Origin: Candidatus Hydrogenedentota bacterium
Lineage (GTDB): Bacteria; Hydrogenedentota; Hydrogenedentia; Hydrogenedentales; SLHB01
Length of the DNA stretch: 64,000 nt
Assembly: GCA_963674865.2 (NCBI GenBank)
Contig: CAXXYE010000008.1
Span: 32,001-96,000 of the forward strand
Direction: 5' to 3'
Under the pieces are notes generated by a model. That model made no database searches. It worked only from the letters and a program-made list of their open reading frames with translations, and had not been told where the DNA came from. Shown in pieces: positions 18,784-29,500 of the stretch (positions are counted from its first letter, which is position 1; the number at the start of each line of letters is the position of its first letter). Both the position numbers and the translations under genes were made by a program.

Positions 18784-20913
18784 GTGAGACAGATACTGCA
18801 ACACTTGAGAACAGGCAAGATGGAACTGGCCGATTTACCTTGCCCTCGGCCAATGCGGGGGCAGGTACTTATCAAGACGCGGGCGTCGCTTATCTCGGCC
18901 GGTACCGAGCGGATGCTCGTCGAGTTCAGCCAGGCCAACCTCATCCAGAAGGCTCGCCAGCAGCCCGATAAAGTCAAGCAGGTTCTCGACAAGATGCGAA
19001 CGGACGGCCTGATGCCGACCCTCGAGGCGGTCTTTCGCAAGCTCGATGAGCCGCTGCCTTTAGGCTACTGCAACGTCGGCACAGTACTCGAAGTCGGCGC
19101 TGGCGTGCATGATCTGGCCCCCGGCGAACGTGTGGCCTCAAACGGCAGCCACGCCGAGGTCGTTTGTGTTCCGCGGCGCCTCTGCGCCAAGGTGCCCGAA
19201 GGAGTAGGCGACGAAGCCGCGGCGTTTACGGTACTCGGCAGTATTGCGCTCCAGGGCGTCCGTTTGGCTGCGCCGACGCTCGGCGAGCGGTTCGTGGTCT
19301 TTGGCATGGGCCTCCTCGGACTTCTCACCGTGCAGTTGCTGCGTGCGAGTGGATGCGAGGTGCTGGCCGTGGATCTGAGCGAAGAGCGGCTTGCTCTCGC
19401 GGAGGCCCATGGCGCGCGGACAGTCAATATCGGCCAAGGCGGCGATCCCATTGCGGCCGCGAACGTCTGGACAGGCGGCGTGGGCGTGGACGGGGCCATC
19501 ATCACGGCTTCGGCCAAGTCCGATGCGATCGTGCATCAAGCGGCCGAATCATGCCGCAAGCGAGGCCGAATCATCCTTGTCGGTGTGGTCGGCCTCAATC
19601 TGCGGCGCGATGACTTCTACAAGAAGGAACTCTCCTTTCAGGTCTCGTGTTCCTATGGCCCGGGCCGCTACGATGAGAAGTATGAACAGGGCGGGCAGGA
19701 TTACCCACTCGGCTATGTGCGTTGGACAGAGCAGCGGAATTTCGAGGCCGTCTTGGGAGCGCTGGACGCCGGGCGCATCCGCGTCGAAGACATTGTCACG
19801 CATCGCTTTCCCTTCGGCCGTGCCATCGACGCTTACGAACAGATCAGTTCCAACGCTGGCGCCTTGGGCGTCGTGCTTGCCTATCCCGAAGAAGTGGACA
19901 CGGCTCAGGCGTTAACCGTGACGCAGGCACAGGCTCCCTCCGCTGGCCGGGCATCCGTCGGCATCATCGGTGCAGGCATGTTCGCCAACAGCATCCTGCT
20001 CCCGGCGCTCGCCAAAACGGACGCTCATCTGGCATACATCGCCGATCTTAACGCGGCGGCCGCGGGGCACGCCGCGAAGAAGTTCGGCGTCGCTCAAGCG
20101 GTGACGGATTACCAGGCCATTCTTGCGGACGATGCCGTTTCGGCGGTCTTTGTGCTCGTGGGACACCACCTCCATGCGCGCTTCGTCTGCGAAGCCCTCG
20201 AGGCGGGGAAACACGTCTTTGTTGAGAAGCCGCTGGCCATGAACGAGGAGGAGCTTGCCCAGGTGGGCGAGGCCGCCGCGGCGCACCCGGATAGGCTCGT
20301 GATGGTTGGCTTCAACCGGCGCTTCAGTCCTCACACAAGACGTATCCAGCAGGCGCTTGCCGGGCGAAACGAGCCGCTGACGCTAACCATGACGGTTAAT
20401 GCCGGCGCCATCCCGGCCGATCATTGGACGCAGGACCCCGAACGCGGCGGGGGGCGTATCATCGGCGAGGGCTGCCACTTCATTGACCTGCTCTCCCACA
20501 TCGCGGGGAGCCCGGTTGTCGCGGTCTCCTCCATGATAGTTGGGGAAGGGCCCGCGGTGCGCGATGACAAGATGGCGATCCTTCTGACATTCGGCGATGG
20601 CTCGGTTGGCAACGTCAACTATTTCGCGAATGGCTCGAAACGCTATCCCAAGGAAATGCTCGAGGTCTTCAGCGATGGGCGCGTGCTGCGGATGGAGAAC
20701 TTCCGCGTGACACGCGGTTACGGCTTCGCCGGGCTCAACAAGTTCAAGACGAGCCGGCAAGACAAGGGGCACGCCTCTGAGGTCGCGGCCTTTGTGGACG
20801 CGATCACGAAGGGAGGCGAGCCCGTCATACCCTTTGCTCAACTACACAACATCACACGCGCCACACTCGCCGCGGTTGAGTCGGCGCGGGCGCGCACGAC
20901 AATCACGCTATAG
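18784..20913 (+). CDS. Bi-domain oxidoreductase (MDR dehydrogenase + Gfo/Idh/MocA) of polysaccharide loci
   Basis: SLISAGTE, PLPLGY, SCSYGPGRYD, GIIGAG, VFVEKP, VGFNRRF and EGCHFID motifs. Confidence 0.92.
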   Translation: MRQILQHLRTGKMELADLPCPRPMRGQVLIKTRASLISAGTERMLVEFSQANLIQKARQQPDKVKQVLDKMRTDGLMPTLEAVFRKLDEPLPLGYCNVGTVLEVGAGVHDLAPGERVASNGSHAEVVCVPRRLCAKVPEGVGDEAAAFTVLGSIALQGVRLAAPTLGERFVVFGMGLLGLLTVQLLRASGCEVLAVDLSEERLALAEAHGARTVNIGQGGDPIAAANVWTGGVGVDGAIITASAKSDAIVHQAAESCRKRGRIILVGVVGLNLRRDDFYKKELSFQVSCSYGPGRYDEKYEQGGQDYPLGYVRWTEQRNFEAVLGALDAGRIRVEDIVTHRFPFGRAIDAYEQISSNAGALGVVLAYPEEVDTAQALTVTQAQAPSAGRASVGIIGAGMFANSILLPALAKTDAHLAYIADLNAAAAGHAAKKFGVAQAVTDYQAILADDAVSAVFVLVGHHLHARFVCEALEAGKHVFVEKPLAMNEEELAQVGEAAAAHPDRLVMVGFNRRFSPHTRRIQQALAGRNEPLTLTMTVNAGAIPADHWTQDPERGGGRIIGEGCHFIDLLSHIAGSPVVAVSSMIVGEGPAVRDDKMAILLTFGDGSVGNVNYFANGSKRYPKEMLEVFSDGRVLRMENFRVTRGYGFAGLNKFKTSRQDKGHASEVAAFVDAITKGGEPVIPFAQLHNITRATLAAVESARARTTITL

Positions 20914-20925
20914 CGCTTGGGGCCA

Positions 20926-22578
20926 ATGTCCATAGTCCGAACACTTCGAACCATCCGACATATCAAGGGTGGTCAGATCATCGGACAGATCCGGCGCCGA
21001 ATAGAGCCGCTCTGGGAGTCGCCTGAGTCCTTTCTCAAGATGCCTGTTCCCGATTTTGAAGGATGCCGGTGGGAACCAACCAGCCCGTTTCTCGCCCCCG
21101 GCGCGCAGGCCAACAAGGCAAACGACATCACGGCGGGGCGGTTCGTGTTCCTTAATCAGGAGGAGTTACTGGGCTGGCCGCTTGACGAATGGGACGTGCC
21201 CGAGTTGCCCAAGCTGTGGCAATACAATCTCCACTACTTTGAATGGCTCTGGGCGCTGGACTACGAATCCGTCCGGGCGGCCATTACAGATTGGGTGGAG
21301 CGGCACCCTCTTGGCAAGGGCCGCGTAGGCTGGGAGCCCTATCCTATCTCCCTGCGGCTGATGAACTGGTGCGGCGTGTGTTTTGGCAAGTTCTGCGCAC
21401 AGACAGAGTCGGACGGAGGCTTTGCTTGCCGCCTTTGGCGAAGCATCTATCGCCAAGCAGAGTGGCTCAAGCGACATCTCGAAACGCACCTCCTTGGCAA
21501 TCACCTGTTCGAAAACGGTGCGGCCTTGGCCTTTGTCGGCAGTTGTTTTCGTGGGAAAACCGGACAGGAATGGCTGGAGCGCGGCCTTGATATTCTGCGC
21601 AGGGAGATACCTGAGCAGATCTTGTCCGACGGTATGCACTTCGAGCGCTCGCCCATGTATCACGTACGGCTGACGTACTTACTGCGCCTGCTTCGCGACA
21701 CCGGCTCCGAGGAACTGTGGGACCTTGTCCAGGAGCCGTTAGAGCGCATGCAAGAGGCGCTCGCGCGTGTCTGTCATCCCGATGGCCGGATCGCCCTTTT
21801 CAACGACAGTGCCTTTGGCATCTACAATGACCCACGTGACCTCGTGGCATCCGCGTCAGCCCCGTCGCCCGGGCCCTGGGCACTTCCTGCCGCCGGCTAC
21901 TATGGCTGGTGCGGCGAGGACGACACCTACCTCGTCTGTGATGCCGGCCCTATCGGCCCGGACTACATTCCCGGCCACGCGCACGGTGACATGTTCTCTC
22001 TCGAGCTCTCTTTCAAGGGCCACCGCGTCATCGTTGACAGTGGCGTGTACGATTACGTCCCCGGCCCGATGCGGGAGTACTGCCGCTCGACGCGTGCCCA
22101 CAATACGGTTGAGATTGAAGGGCGGGATCAGTGTGAGTTCTGGAGCGCCTTTCGCGTGGCCAGGCGAGGACACCCGCACGAGGTCCGGTGGGAACCTGCG
22201 GCTCGAGGATTCAGCTTGAGTGCCTGGCATGATGGCTACCGCCGTTTGCCCGGCGCCCCTGTTCACCATCGAAAGATCACGTGGGGCGCTTCGGCCCGGC
22301 TGGAAGTGCGCGACCGGATCGAATCCCGCGCGAAAGTAGCGGCGGTCGCGCGATTGCATTTGCACCCCTCTTGCCCTGTAGAATGCCTCGACGCGCGCGC
22401 TGCCCTGGTTCATTGCTCTGAGGGGGCACTGCGGATTGTATTCTCCGGCCAGGGGGAACTCCGTTGTGAAGACTCGTTCTACTGCCCCGAGTTCGGGCGA
22501 AGTGAACCGAACGCCGCGCTGGCCTTCGCATTTGACAGCACGGAAAAGGAAGTTGGTTTTACCATCATGCCCTCGTGA
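20926..22578 (+). CDS. Heparinase II/III-like protein
   Basis: LWQYNLHYF, GWEPYPISLR, LGNHL, DGMHFERSPMYH, PGHAHGD and RSTRAHNT motifs. Confidence 0.88.
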   Translation: MSIVRTLRTIRHIKGGQIIGQIRRRIEPLWESPESFLKMPVPDFEGCRWEPTSPFLAPGAQANKANDITAGRFVFLNQEELLGWPLDEWDVPELPKLWQYNLHYFEWLWALDYESVRAAITDWVERHPLGKGRVGWEPYPISLRLMNWCGVCFGKFCAQTESDGGFACRLWRSIYRQAEWLKRHLETHLLGNHLFENGAALAFVGSCFRGKTGQEWLERGLDILRREIPEQILSDGMHFERSPMYHVRLTYLLRLLRDTGSEELWDLVQEPLERMQEALARVCHPDGRIALFNDSAFGIYNDPRDLVASASAPSPGPWALPAAGYYGWCGEDDTYLVCDAGPIGPDYIPGHAHGDMFSLELSFKGHRVIVDSGVYDYVPGPMREYCRSTRAHNTVEIEGRDQCEFWSAFRVARRGHPHEVRWEPAARGFSLSAWHDGYRRLPGAPVHHRKITWGASARLEVRDRIESRAKVAAVARLHLHPSCPVECLDARAALVHCSEGALRIVFSGQGELRCEDSFYCPEFGRSEPNAALAFAFDSTEKEVGFTIMPS

Positions 22579-22585
22579 GTAGGCG

Positions 22586-23827
22586 ATGCGGATTCTATTC
22601 TTCACACATTATTTTCCCCCGGAAGGCAATGCCCCGGCCTCGCGCACGTACGAGAACGCCAAGCGCTGGATCCAGGCCGGACACGACGTGACGGTGATTA
22701 CGTGTGCCCCCAACGTGCCGGATGGAGTAGTCTACGAAGGCTACAAGAACAAGCTCTATCAGCGCGACGTCGTAGACGGCATCGACGTCCGGCGCGTGTG
22801 GACGTACATCGCCGCAAACCAGGGCTCGGTTCGCCGAATTCTCAACTATCTTTCCTATATGGTGAGCGCGTTCCTCGTCTCGCTGTTCGTCAAGCGCCCT
22901 GACGTGGTCATAGCTACCTCGCCGCAGTTCTTCTGCGGATGGGCCGGCGTTCTTTTTCGGTGGATCAGGCGCGTCCCGTTCATCTTGGAGATTCGTGACA
23001 TCTGGCCCGAGTCCATTGTCGCCGTCGGCGCCATGGGCAACAGCCGCCTGATACGCCTTCTCGAATGGTTGGAGCTCAAGATGTACGCGGCGGCGGGACA
23101 TGTCGTGACGGTTGGAGACGGCTACCGGCGGAAGCTCTTGGAGAAAGGTGTAGCCGACGAGGACATCTCCATCGTGATGAACGGCGTCAACCGCGATTTG
23201 TTTCAGCCCCGTGCGCCCGATGAGAGCCTGAAGCAAACGTGGCATATCGACGGCAAGTTCGTCTGCGGCTATGTGGGAACGATAGGCATGGCCTGTGGCC
23301 TGCAGGTTGTGTTGGAAGCGGCCCGAGAACTCAAACAGCAGGGCGCCGATGATATTGCCTTCATGCTGGTGGGGGACGGGGCCATGCGCGACGATCTCGA
23401 GCGTCAAGCCACGTCAGACGGCCTCGACAACGTTATCTTCACCGGCAGGCAGCCTAAGGACTCCATGCCCGATTTCCTGGCTGCTATGGACGTCTGCCTT
23501 GTTCACCTGCGCAAAAGCGACCTATTCACAACCGTTATGCCATCGAAGATCTTCGAGGCGGGCGGCATGGGCAAGCCCATCATTAACGGTGTCGGGGGCT
23601 TTGCCGCCGAATTCATCGAGAAGGCGGGCGCCGGGATCAACATCGAACCGGAGAACAGCGGCGAACTTCTCGATGCTCTCCTTGCTCTCCGGGACGATCC
23701 GATGCGTAGCAAATCACTCGGGGAATCTGGGCGCGACTACGTTGTCACCTTCTATGATCGGGACAAGTTGGCTAAGGACTACCTCGACATCATCGAGCGA
23801 ATGCTAACCCAAGGAAGAGCCACATAA
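22586..23827 (+). CDS. GT4 glycosyltransferase (WbuB-like)
   Basis: HYFPPE, ATSPQFF, EIRDIWPES and PSKIFE motifs. Confidence 0.92.
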   Translation: MRILFFTHYFPPEGNAPASRTYENAKRWIQAGHDVTVITCAPNVPDGVVYEGYKNKLYQRDVVDGIDVRRVWTYIAANQGSVRRILNYLSYMVSAFLVSLFVKRPDVVIATSPQFFCGWAGVLFRWIRRVPFILEIRDIWPESIVAVGAMGNSRLIRLLEWLELKMYAAAGHVVTVGDGYRRKLLEKGVADEDISIVMNGVNRDLFQPRAPDESLKQTWHIDGKFVCGYVGTIGMACGLQVVLEAARELKQQGADDIAFMLVGDGAMRDDLERQATSDGLDNVIFTGRQPKDSMPDFLAAMDVCLVHLRKSDLFTTVMPSKIFEAGGMGKPIINGVGGFAAEFIEKAGAGINIEPENSGELLDALLALRDDPMRSKSLGESGRDYVVTFYDRDKLAKDYLDIIERMLTQGRAT

Positions 23828-24927
23828 TGAAGATCATCTGCGTAGCGGGCGCACGCCCCAACTTCATGAAGATCGCGCCGCTCATGCGTGCCTTTTCGGC
23901 CGCGCCGTCCATAGAGGCGATGCTGGTTCACACCGGACAACACTATGACGAAAAGATGAGCGATCTCTTCTTCCGACAGTTGGAGATCCCCGAGCCACAG
24001 GTGAATCTGGGATGCGGCGGCGGTAGCCATGCCCAACAGACCGCCGCCATCATGACCGCCTTCGAGCCGATTGTTCTGGAGCACAAGCCGGATGTTGTTC
24101 TAGTCGTCGGCGACGTTACCTCCACCATTGCCTGTGGCCTCGTGGCCGTGAAGCTGGGCGTGAAACTGGCCCATGTCGAGGCGGGTCTGCGTAGCCACGA
24201 TCGCACGATGCCCGAGGAGATCAACCGCATTCTGACCGACGCCATTAGCGATTTGCTGTTCTGCACGGAGCAGTCAGGTGTGGATAACCTGGGCAAGGAA
24301 GGCATCCCGGAAGAGAAGGTTCATCTCGTAGGCAATGTGATGATCGATACACTGCGCCAGAACCGTGCCAAGGCCGAAGCGACCTCCGTCCTGGAGGATA
24401 TGGGTCTCCAGCCGGGCGGCTACGCCGTGATCACCCTTCATCGGCCGGCCAACGTGGACGACCCGCATGCGCTGGCCGGACTGATTGATGTGCTCGACGC
24501 CGTACAGAGCGATATGCCCGCCGTCTTTCCCGTTCACCCGCGCACGCTAAGCAATCTTGCCGCGGGTGGGTATAAGGTACGTGTGGACGCCATGGGCAAC
24601 CTCCGGCTCACCGACCCCATCGGCTATCTGGAGTTCCTCAAGCTCATGGCAAACGCCCGTATTGTCCTGACTGATTCGGGGGGCATGCAGGAGGAGACCT
24701 CGATACTCGGAGTACCGTGCTTGACGCTACGCAAGAACACGGAGCGGCCCATAACCTGCGAACTCGGCACAAATCGCCTGGTAGGAACCGACCCCGAACG
24801 GATCATCGCGGCCTACCGCGAGGCCATGGGTTCCGAAGTGGTTGGGACGCTGGACCAGTATCCGCCGTGGGACGGTCATGCGGCTCAGCGCATTGCGGAC
24901 ATACTCGTGGCTCATCACGTTCAATAG
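23827..24927 (+). CDS. wecB: UDP-N-acetylglucosamine 2-epimerase (non-hydrolysing)
   Basis: GARPNFMK, HTGQHYD, HVEAGLRS, TLHRPANVD and TDSGGMQEE; TAATG stop/start overlap with the GT4 gene. Confidence 0.95.
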   Translation: MKIICVAGARPNFMKIAPLMRAFSAAPSIEAMLVHTGQHYDEKMSDLFFRQLEIPEPQVNLGCGGGSHAQQTAAIMTAFEPIVLEHKPDVVLVVGDVTSTIACGLVAVKLGVKLAHVEAGLRSHDRTMPEEINRILTDAISDLLFCTEQSGVDNLGKEGIPEEKVHLVGNVMIDTLRQNRAKAEATSVLEDMGLQPGGYAVITLHRPANVDDPHALAGLIDVLDAVQSDMPAVFPVHPRTLSNLAAGGYKVRVDAMGNLRLTDPIGYLEFLKLMANARIVLTDSGGMQEETSILGVPCLTLRKNTERPITCELGTNRLVGTDPERIIAAYREAMGSEVVGTLDQYPPWDGHAAQRIADILVAHHVQ

Positions 24928-24951
24928 GAGCCCTCTGGCAGGGGACGGCGC

Positions 24952-25227
24952 CTAGTCTTCCAGCGCGCTTCGCACCGTAGCGAGTTCGGAGTCGAGTTCT
25001 TGAACGAGAGCCCCCGACTCTTCATATCCATTGCGCGCGAGCAACCGCCGGGCCGTTTCGAGCGCTCGCAGCTTCTCCTCGTCCGTCGCCGGCGGGAACA
25101 TCTTTGCGTACAAGGCATCGAGTTCCGTTTGTCCGAGTAGTCGGGTAAAGAGGTCCGCCGCAAGTCCGGGATTGTTGTGCAGATACTCTTGTACTCGTTC
25201 CGTGTCAGTCCATGATGCTTCAGCCAT
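24952..25227 (-). CDS. Small hypothetical helical protein, downstream partner of the tail-fibre-like gene
   Basis: 91 aa, clear GGAGG SD, 53 nt downstream of the fibre-like gene. No recognised family. Confidence 0.7.
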   Translation of the reverse strand: MAEASWTDTERVQEYLHNNPGLAADLFTRLLGQTELDALYAKMFPPATDEEKLRALETARRLLARNGYEESGALVQELDSELATVRSALED

Positions 25228-25280
25228 GATTACCTCCGGGATTTCCTTCTGGTTTGTTCTTGCGACTGGAAGAAGGCGCC

Positions 25281-26204
25281 TTAGACTTGGGTGCCCACAA
25301 TCGTGCCGTCTCCGTTCTGCGTCGGCAGCGCGCTGTGGACTTTGAGGGTCCCATCATCCTCAACGAACAGATACCAAGGCGTTCCGTTCGGCGAACACAG
25401 CTTGATGCAGCCGGGTGCGTTGCCGCCACTTCCGTCCCACACGGTGAGCATTCCGCGTGTGCCGCCGTCTACGCCGAGCACTACGTCGCCCCCACGGGCG
25501 GTCACGTCACCATTCACATCAAGCGTGGCTGCCGGAGAGTCCGTCCCGATGCCGACCTCGCCGTTGGCCTCGATCACCATCGCCGTGGCCATGGCGGTGC
25601 CATCTGCGCCTGCCGTTCCGGAGACCTTGAAGGTTATCGCGTCTCGGCCGCTGATATTGTCCACCGCTCCGGTTATGACCAACCCACCCGATGCCCCGTT
25701 ATGATAGAGTTCTCCGAACCAAGCGGCGGGATACGAGCCGCCGTTGTAGAGAACGCGAAGGTGCGGATAGGTTCCGCTCAACGTGAGAGCTTGGTCCGGA
25801 CTGGCTGTTCCGATGCCCACCTTGTTCCCCACACTGTCCACGTGAAGCGTCTTCGTATCCACGGTAAGGTTCCCGGCCACGCTGAGGGCCGCCACGGCAT
25901 AGGTGCCCGTGCTGTCCAGTTTGTTCGCGTCCACTGCGTCGTCAGCCAGCTGCGCGGTGTCGACGGTCCCGGCTTGAATCTTCGTTCCGTCGATATTGCC
26001 GTTCGTATCCGTCAACGTCTGGGGCGTTGAGCCGGCGGCGATCACGCCCTTGATGGCCACGTCTCCGTCTGTGGCAAGGTTGCCCGCATTGTCGATTTCC
26101 AGGCCGCCCGCGGGCGACGTCCCTTTCGGATCCGCGCCATAACCCCCGCCAATCCGCAAGGACTCGCGGCTCACGACGCCTGAAGGTATATTCGGCAAGC
26201 TCAT
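25281..26204 (-). CDS. Phage tail-fibre-like protein
   Basis: G/T/D-rich with no signal peptide. Contains VDTAQLADDAVDANKL, LTVDTKTLHVDS..KVGIGT, a second VGIGTDSP..LDVNG and C-terminal LCSPNGTPWYLFVEDDGTL. Start ATG at 26204 after AAGGGAG. Confidence 0.7.
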   Translation of the reverse strand: MSLPNIPSGVVSRESLRIGGGYGADPKGTSPAGGLEIDNAGNLATDGDVAIKGVIAAGSTPQTLTDTNGNIDGTKIQAGTVDTAQLADDAVDANKLDSTGTYAVAALSVAGNLTVDTKTLHVDSVGNKVGIGTASPDQALTLSGTYPHLRVLYNGGSYPAAWFGELYHNGASGGLVITGAVDNISGRDAITFKVSGTAGADGTAMATAMVIEANGEVGIGTDSPAATLDVNGDVTARGGDVVLGVDGGTRGMLTVWDGSGGNAPGCIKLCSPNGTPWYLFVEDDGTLKVHSALPTQNGDGTIVGTQV

Positions 26205-26530
26205 CTGTCTGCTCTCCCTTATCTCTGCCCTTACCTGCCGGGCGCATGTACTGGCGGCAAACGCCCTATCCCTACCTATTAGCCCAGGGCGTTGCACCCG
26301 ATACGCCTGCAAGTCATTCTATCGCCGTGGATTGCGCGTGGCGTGACGTGTTGGCCCGTGCCCTGAGGGGCTGGATTCCGCACGCATGGCAGGCCGACCG
26401 CCATCGAGTCCGGGCACGCTTTCATCCCGAACAGCGGGCGGCATATACTACGGCCGCTCCCAAGTAAGTGAGAGCCTTTCTTCTTTCGTGCAAGTCTTCG
26501 AGGGCGTCTCAGACGCGCTGCCATGTCGGA

Positions 26531-29500
26531 ATGACGGATGTGAACAAGAACCGTACAGAAATGGCCGGGCAACGGGAGCATCGCTGTAGGTTCCCGATTG
26601 TTGCCGTAGTGGCTGTGGCGGCATCGGGACTTGTCGCGGTAGCCCTGGTTCTGGTTCGGGATCTTCCCCCATTTCTCCTGGCCAGCGTCCCTCTGGCGTT
26701 CGCCGCAGCAATAGCCCTCCTTTGGAGCAGCCACTGGGCACTTTGCTTTGTCGCCTTTGCCATCACCCCTCTAAACGTCTTGCAGTACGAGCTTTTCGGC
26801 GTAACGCTGAATCTGCCTGAGGCGTTGATTCTTGCCTTGGCCGGCAAGGAAGCACTGCGCATCATCCTTGGCAGGGAACGCCTGACGTCGCTCTTGCCCC
26901 TCCCGGCCCTTGTCCTATACGGGACTGCGGCCGTGGTCGGCATCGCCACCGGGATAGCGCACCGAAACGGCCTGGTGCGCGTGTTGCAGGATTTCAGGCA
27001 ATTCACCGAGTTCATTCTGCTGTTCTGGCTCGTCCTCCAGAAGGTGACCACGCGACGCCAGGCGTTTCAGATAGCTCTGTGCTATGTTGCGGGCGCCACG
27101 CTCATTGCGATTCATGGGATCGTGCAGCATTACCTGCCCATCGGCGTTTCCCCCACTCAGATAGCGAGCGACCTCGCCCTGTACAAACAGGTGCGGAGCG
27201 GCTCGTTCTACGGGGCCACCACCCTCGGGGGATTGATGGTACTCGCTGTGGGACCTGCGGCCGGTCTCGCGATCTCTACCGAACGCCGTTCCGTAAGGTT
27301 GGTTTTGGTAATCTGCATCATCTTGTGCCTTATCGCGGCTGTCTACACAAAGACGCGCGCCTCGTGGATGGCCATGGCGTTCTTGTTGCTCCTCATGGCG
27401 CTGGCGCTTCGGCCCTCGGTAAGAACGGTTGGCGTGGTTGCCGCTGTGGCGCTTGTTCTTGCGGCGGCGATGGGGCCGTCCATTGCGCGTCGGCTATCTA
27501 CACTCAGTGATCCGCACATGGACCGCTCCTTCATGGGCCGCGCTCAGTACTACACCGCCGCAGGGCACATTGCGCGCGCGCACCCCATCCTCGGCCTCGG
27601 CTGGGGCTGCTACTACGACAGCGACAAGATTCTCGCCGCCGAACGCTACGTAGCGACCCCTCGCCCTCCTGACGCCCGCGACGCAACGGTGCACAGCGCC
27701 TATCTTCAACTGCTAGTCAAGACGGGTCTCTTCGGGCTCCTGAGTTTCCTCGTGATCGCCTTGGTATGGGTCGAACGGATCTGGCGGACCCGAGACCTCG
27801 TGGCAAGCCACGACCGGCGTGATGCTCTGTTCGTCGGCGTCTCAGCCGGCGTCGCCGGCTACCTGGCCCATAGCGCCCTCGAGAACTTCTTCCAATGGCC
27901 GGTGATGGCCCAATCCTTGTGGCTTCTCCTCGGCCTATCCTTTGCAATGGCACACTGGGCCGAAAGCCGTAAACCCTCCTACCGTGGCCCGATGGTGCTC
28001 GTGGGAAGCGGCGCGGCGCTTTTTCTATCATTTGTGTATGCCGCCACGTGGCTCGAGACCTCGGATCCCGGGCGCTTCGAGCAGAACTACGCCAATGCGG
28101 TGCAAGAAGGGAACATGCAGAAGGCCTTTGAAATCGCCCAGCGTGCGCCCCTGGTAAACCCGTTTGACCCTATGGCGCACACAATCTACGGCCGGGCCTT
28201 GCTGGAACGTGGCGACGAGGTCGGAGCGCTTGACAGTCTGAACCAAGCGGTTATGCTGCGGAAGGACTCCAGTGCCCGCCGGCGGGAAACACGACGGCCC
28301 TATTACTTCGCTCCCGCCCGCCTGACGCTCGGGAAGTACTACCTCGAGCACGGCCGGCCCCTCGAGGCCCTTCGCAGTTTCGAACTGGCCCGCGCCTACG
28401 ATGTGCCCGCCGATGAGAAGTATGAGCAGTTCCATGCCGCGCTCTACCAGGCCTATGCCCAACAGGGGCTTTGGGCGCGGGCCCTTGAGTTCGGCGAGCC
28501 ATCGGAAACGGAACTGGACGGTATGGGTGGGGAGGCCCTAGCCGCAGTCGCCCGCGTCTGCGAAGGAAGTCGAGACTGGACGCTTGCTCATGAAGTGGCT
28601 GAACGATTGGCCAAGCTCCCAGGCTTCGAAGTGGAGGCGCAGTATATCCTTGGGCGGACCTTCCTTGCGCAGAACTTGTATGAGGAATCCCTTGTTCATT
28701 TACAGCAAGCCGCTTCGAGCGGGCGCGTTCAGGCGGCGTACTACCTCGGCGCCGCCTACGAGCGGGCCGGCCAGTTAGACCAGGCCATCCAGGCATATGT
28801 CTCCTCGAGAACCGACGATCCGTACCGGCTGTTCGCGCTGGCCAAGGCACTGGCACTCGTATCGGCCGCTTCTGGAAACGATCGGCGCGGCGCCACGGCG
28901 ACGCCGGAGGAACTGCGCCATGAACTCGGCGCCGAGTTAGCCCGCATGCAGGCATTGCCGCAGCCCTCCGGGCGAGATGGCCAACACCGGCTGACACCCC
29001 TAAGCTTCGCGGTTTCTGACACTTATAGAGCTTCTGGCGGACGTTTTCCTGTTGTGGTTCGGTGGCGAGACGAACAAGTGCGAGACGCCCCTTTGACCTG
29101 TACTTCCCTGCCAAGCTCAGGTAAGGAGGAGCCCATCCTGCTCTTGCGGACAGGCGATAACGTGCTCCAACTGCAATGGGTTGAGAACCAGGTTTACTGG
29201 CAAGGCGTCGAGCGCCTTCGACTTGGCGATGGGCCGGTACCTGGATGGACCGATACCGCGCGCGACTGGTTTGGGGCGCGCTCTGACTACGCCGTACGAA
29301 TCGAGCACGGTGAGGATGGCGATCCCTTTCTGACCCTTGTCAAGGCTACTTGGCTGAACAGTGTGCCCGTCGAGATACACGACGGGGGTGGACTATCTAC
29401 TCGCGGGCCGCTTCAGAGACGCCCAAGGCAAGGGCTTCTTCGGCTGGCAATTCGCGGATGAAGAGGAGCACGTCCAGTTCGAGGACGACCTTTCCGGACC

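Noticed and set aside
24952..26204. Intact prophage
   Set aside because: No integrase, att repeat, or head, tail-tube or lysis genes in the window.
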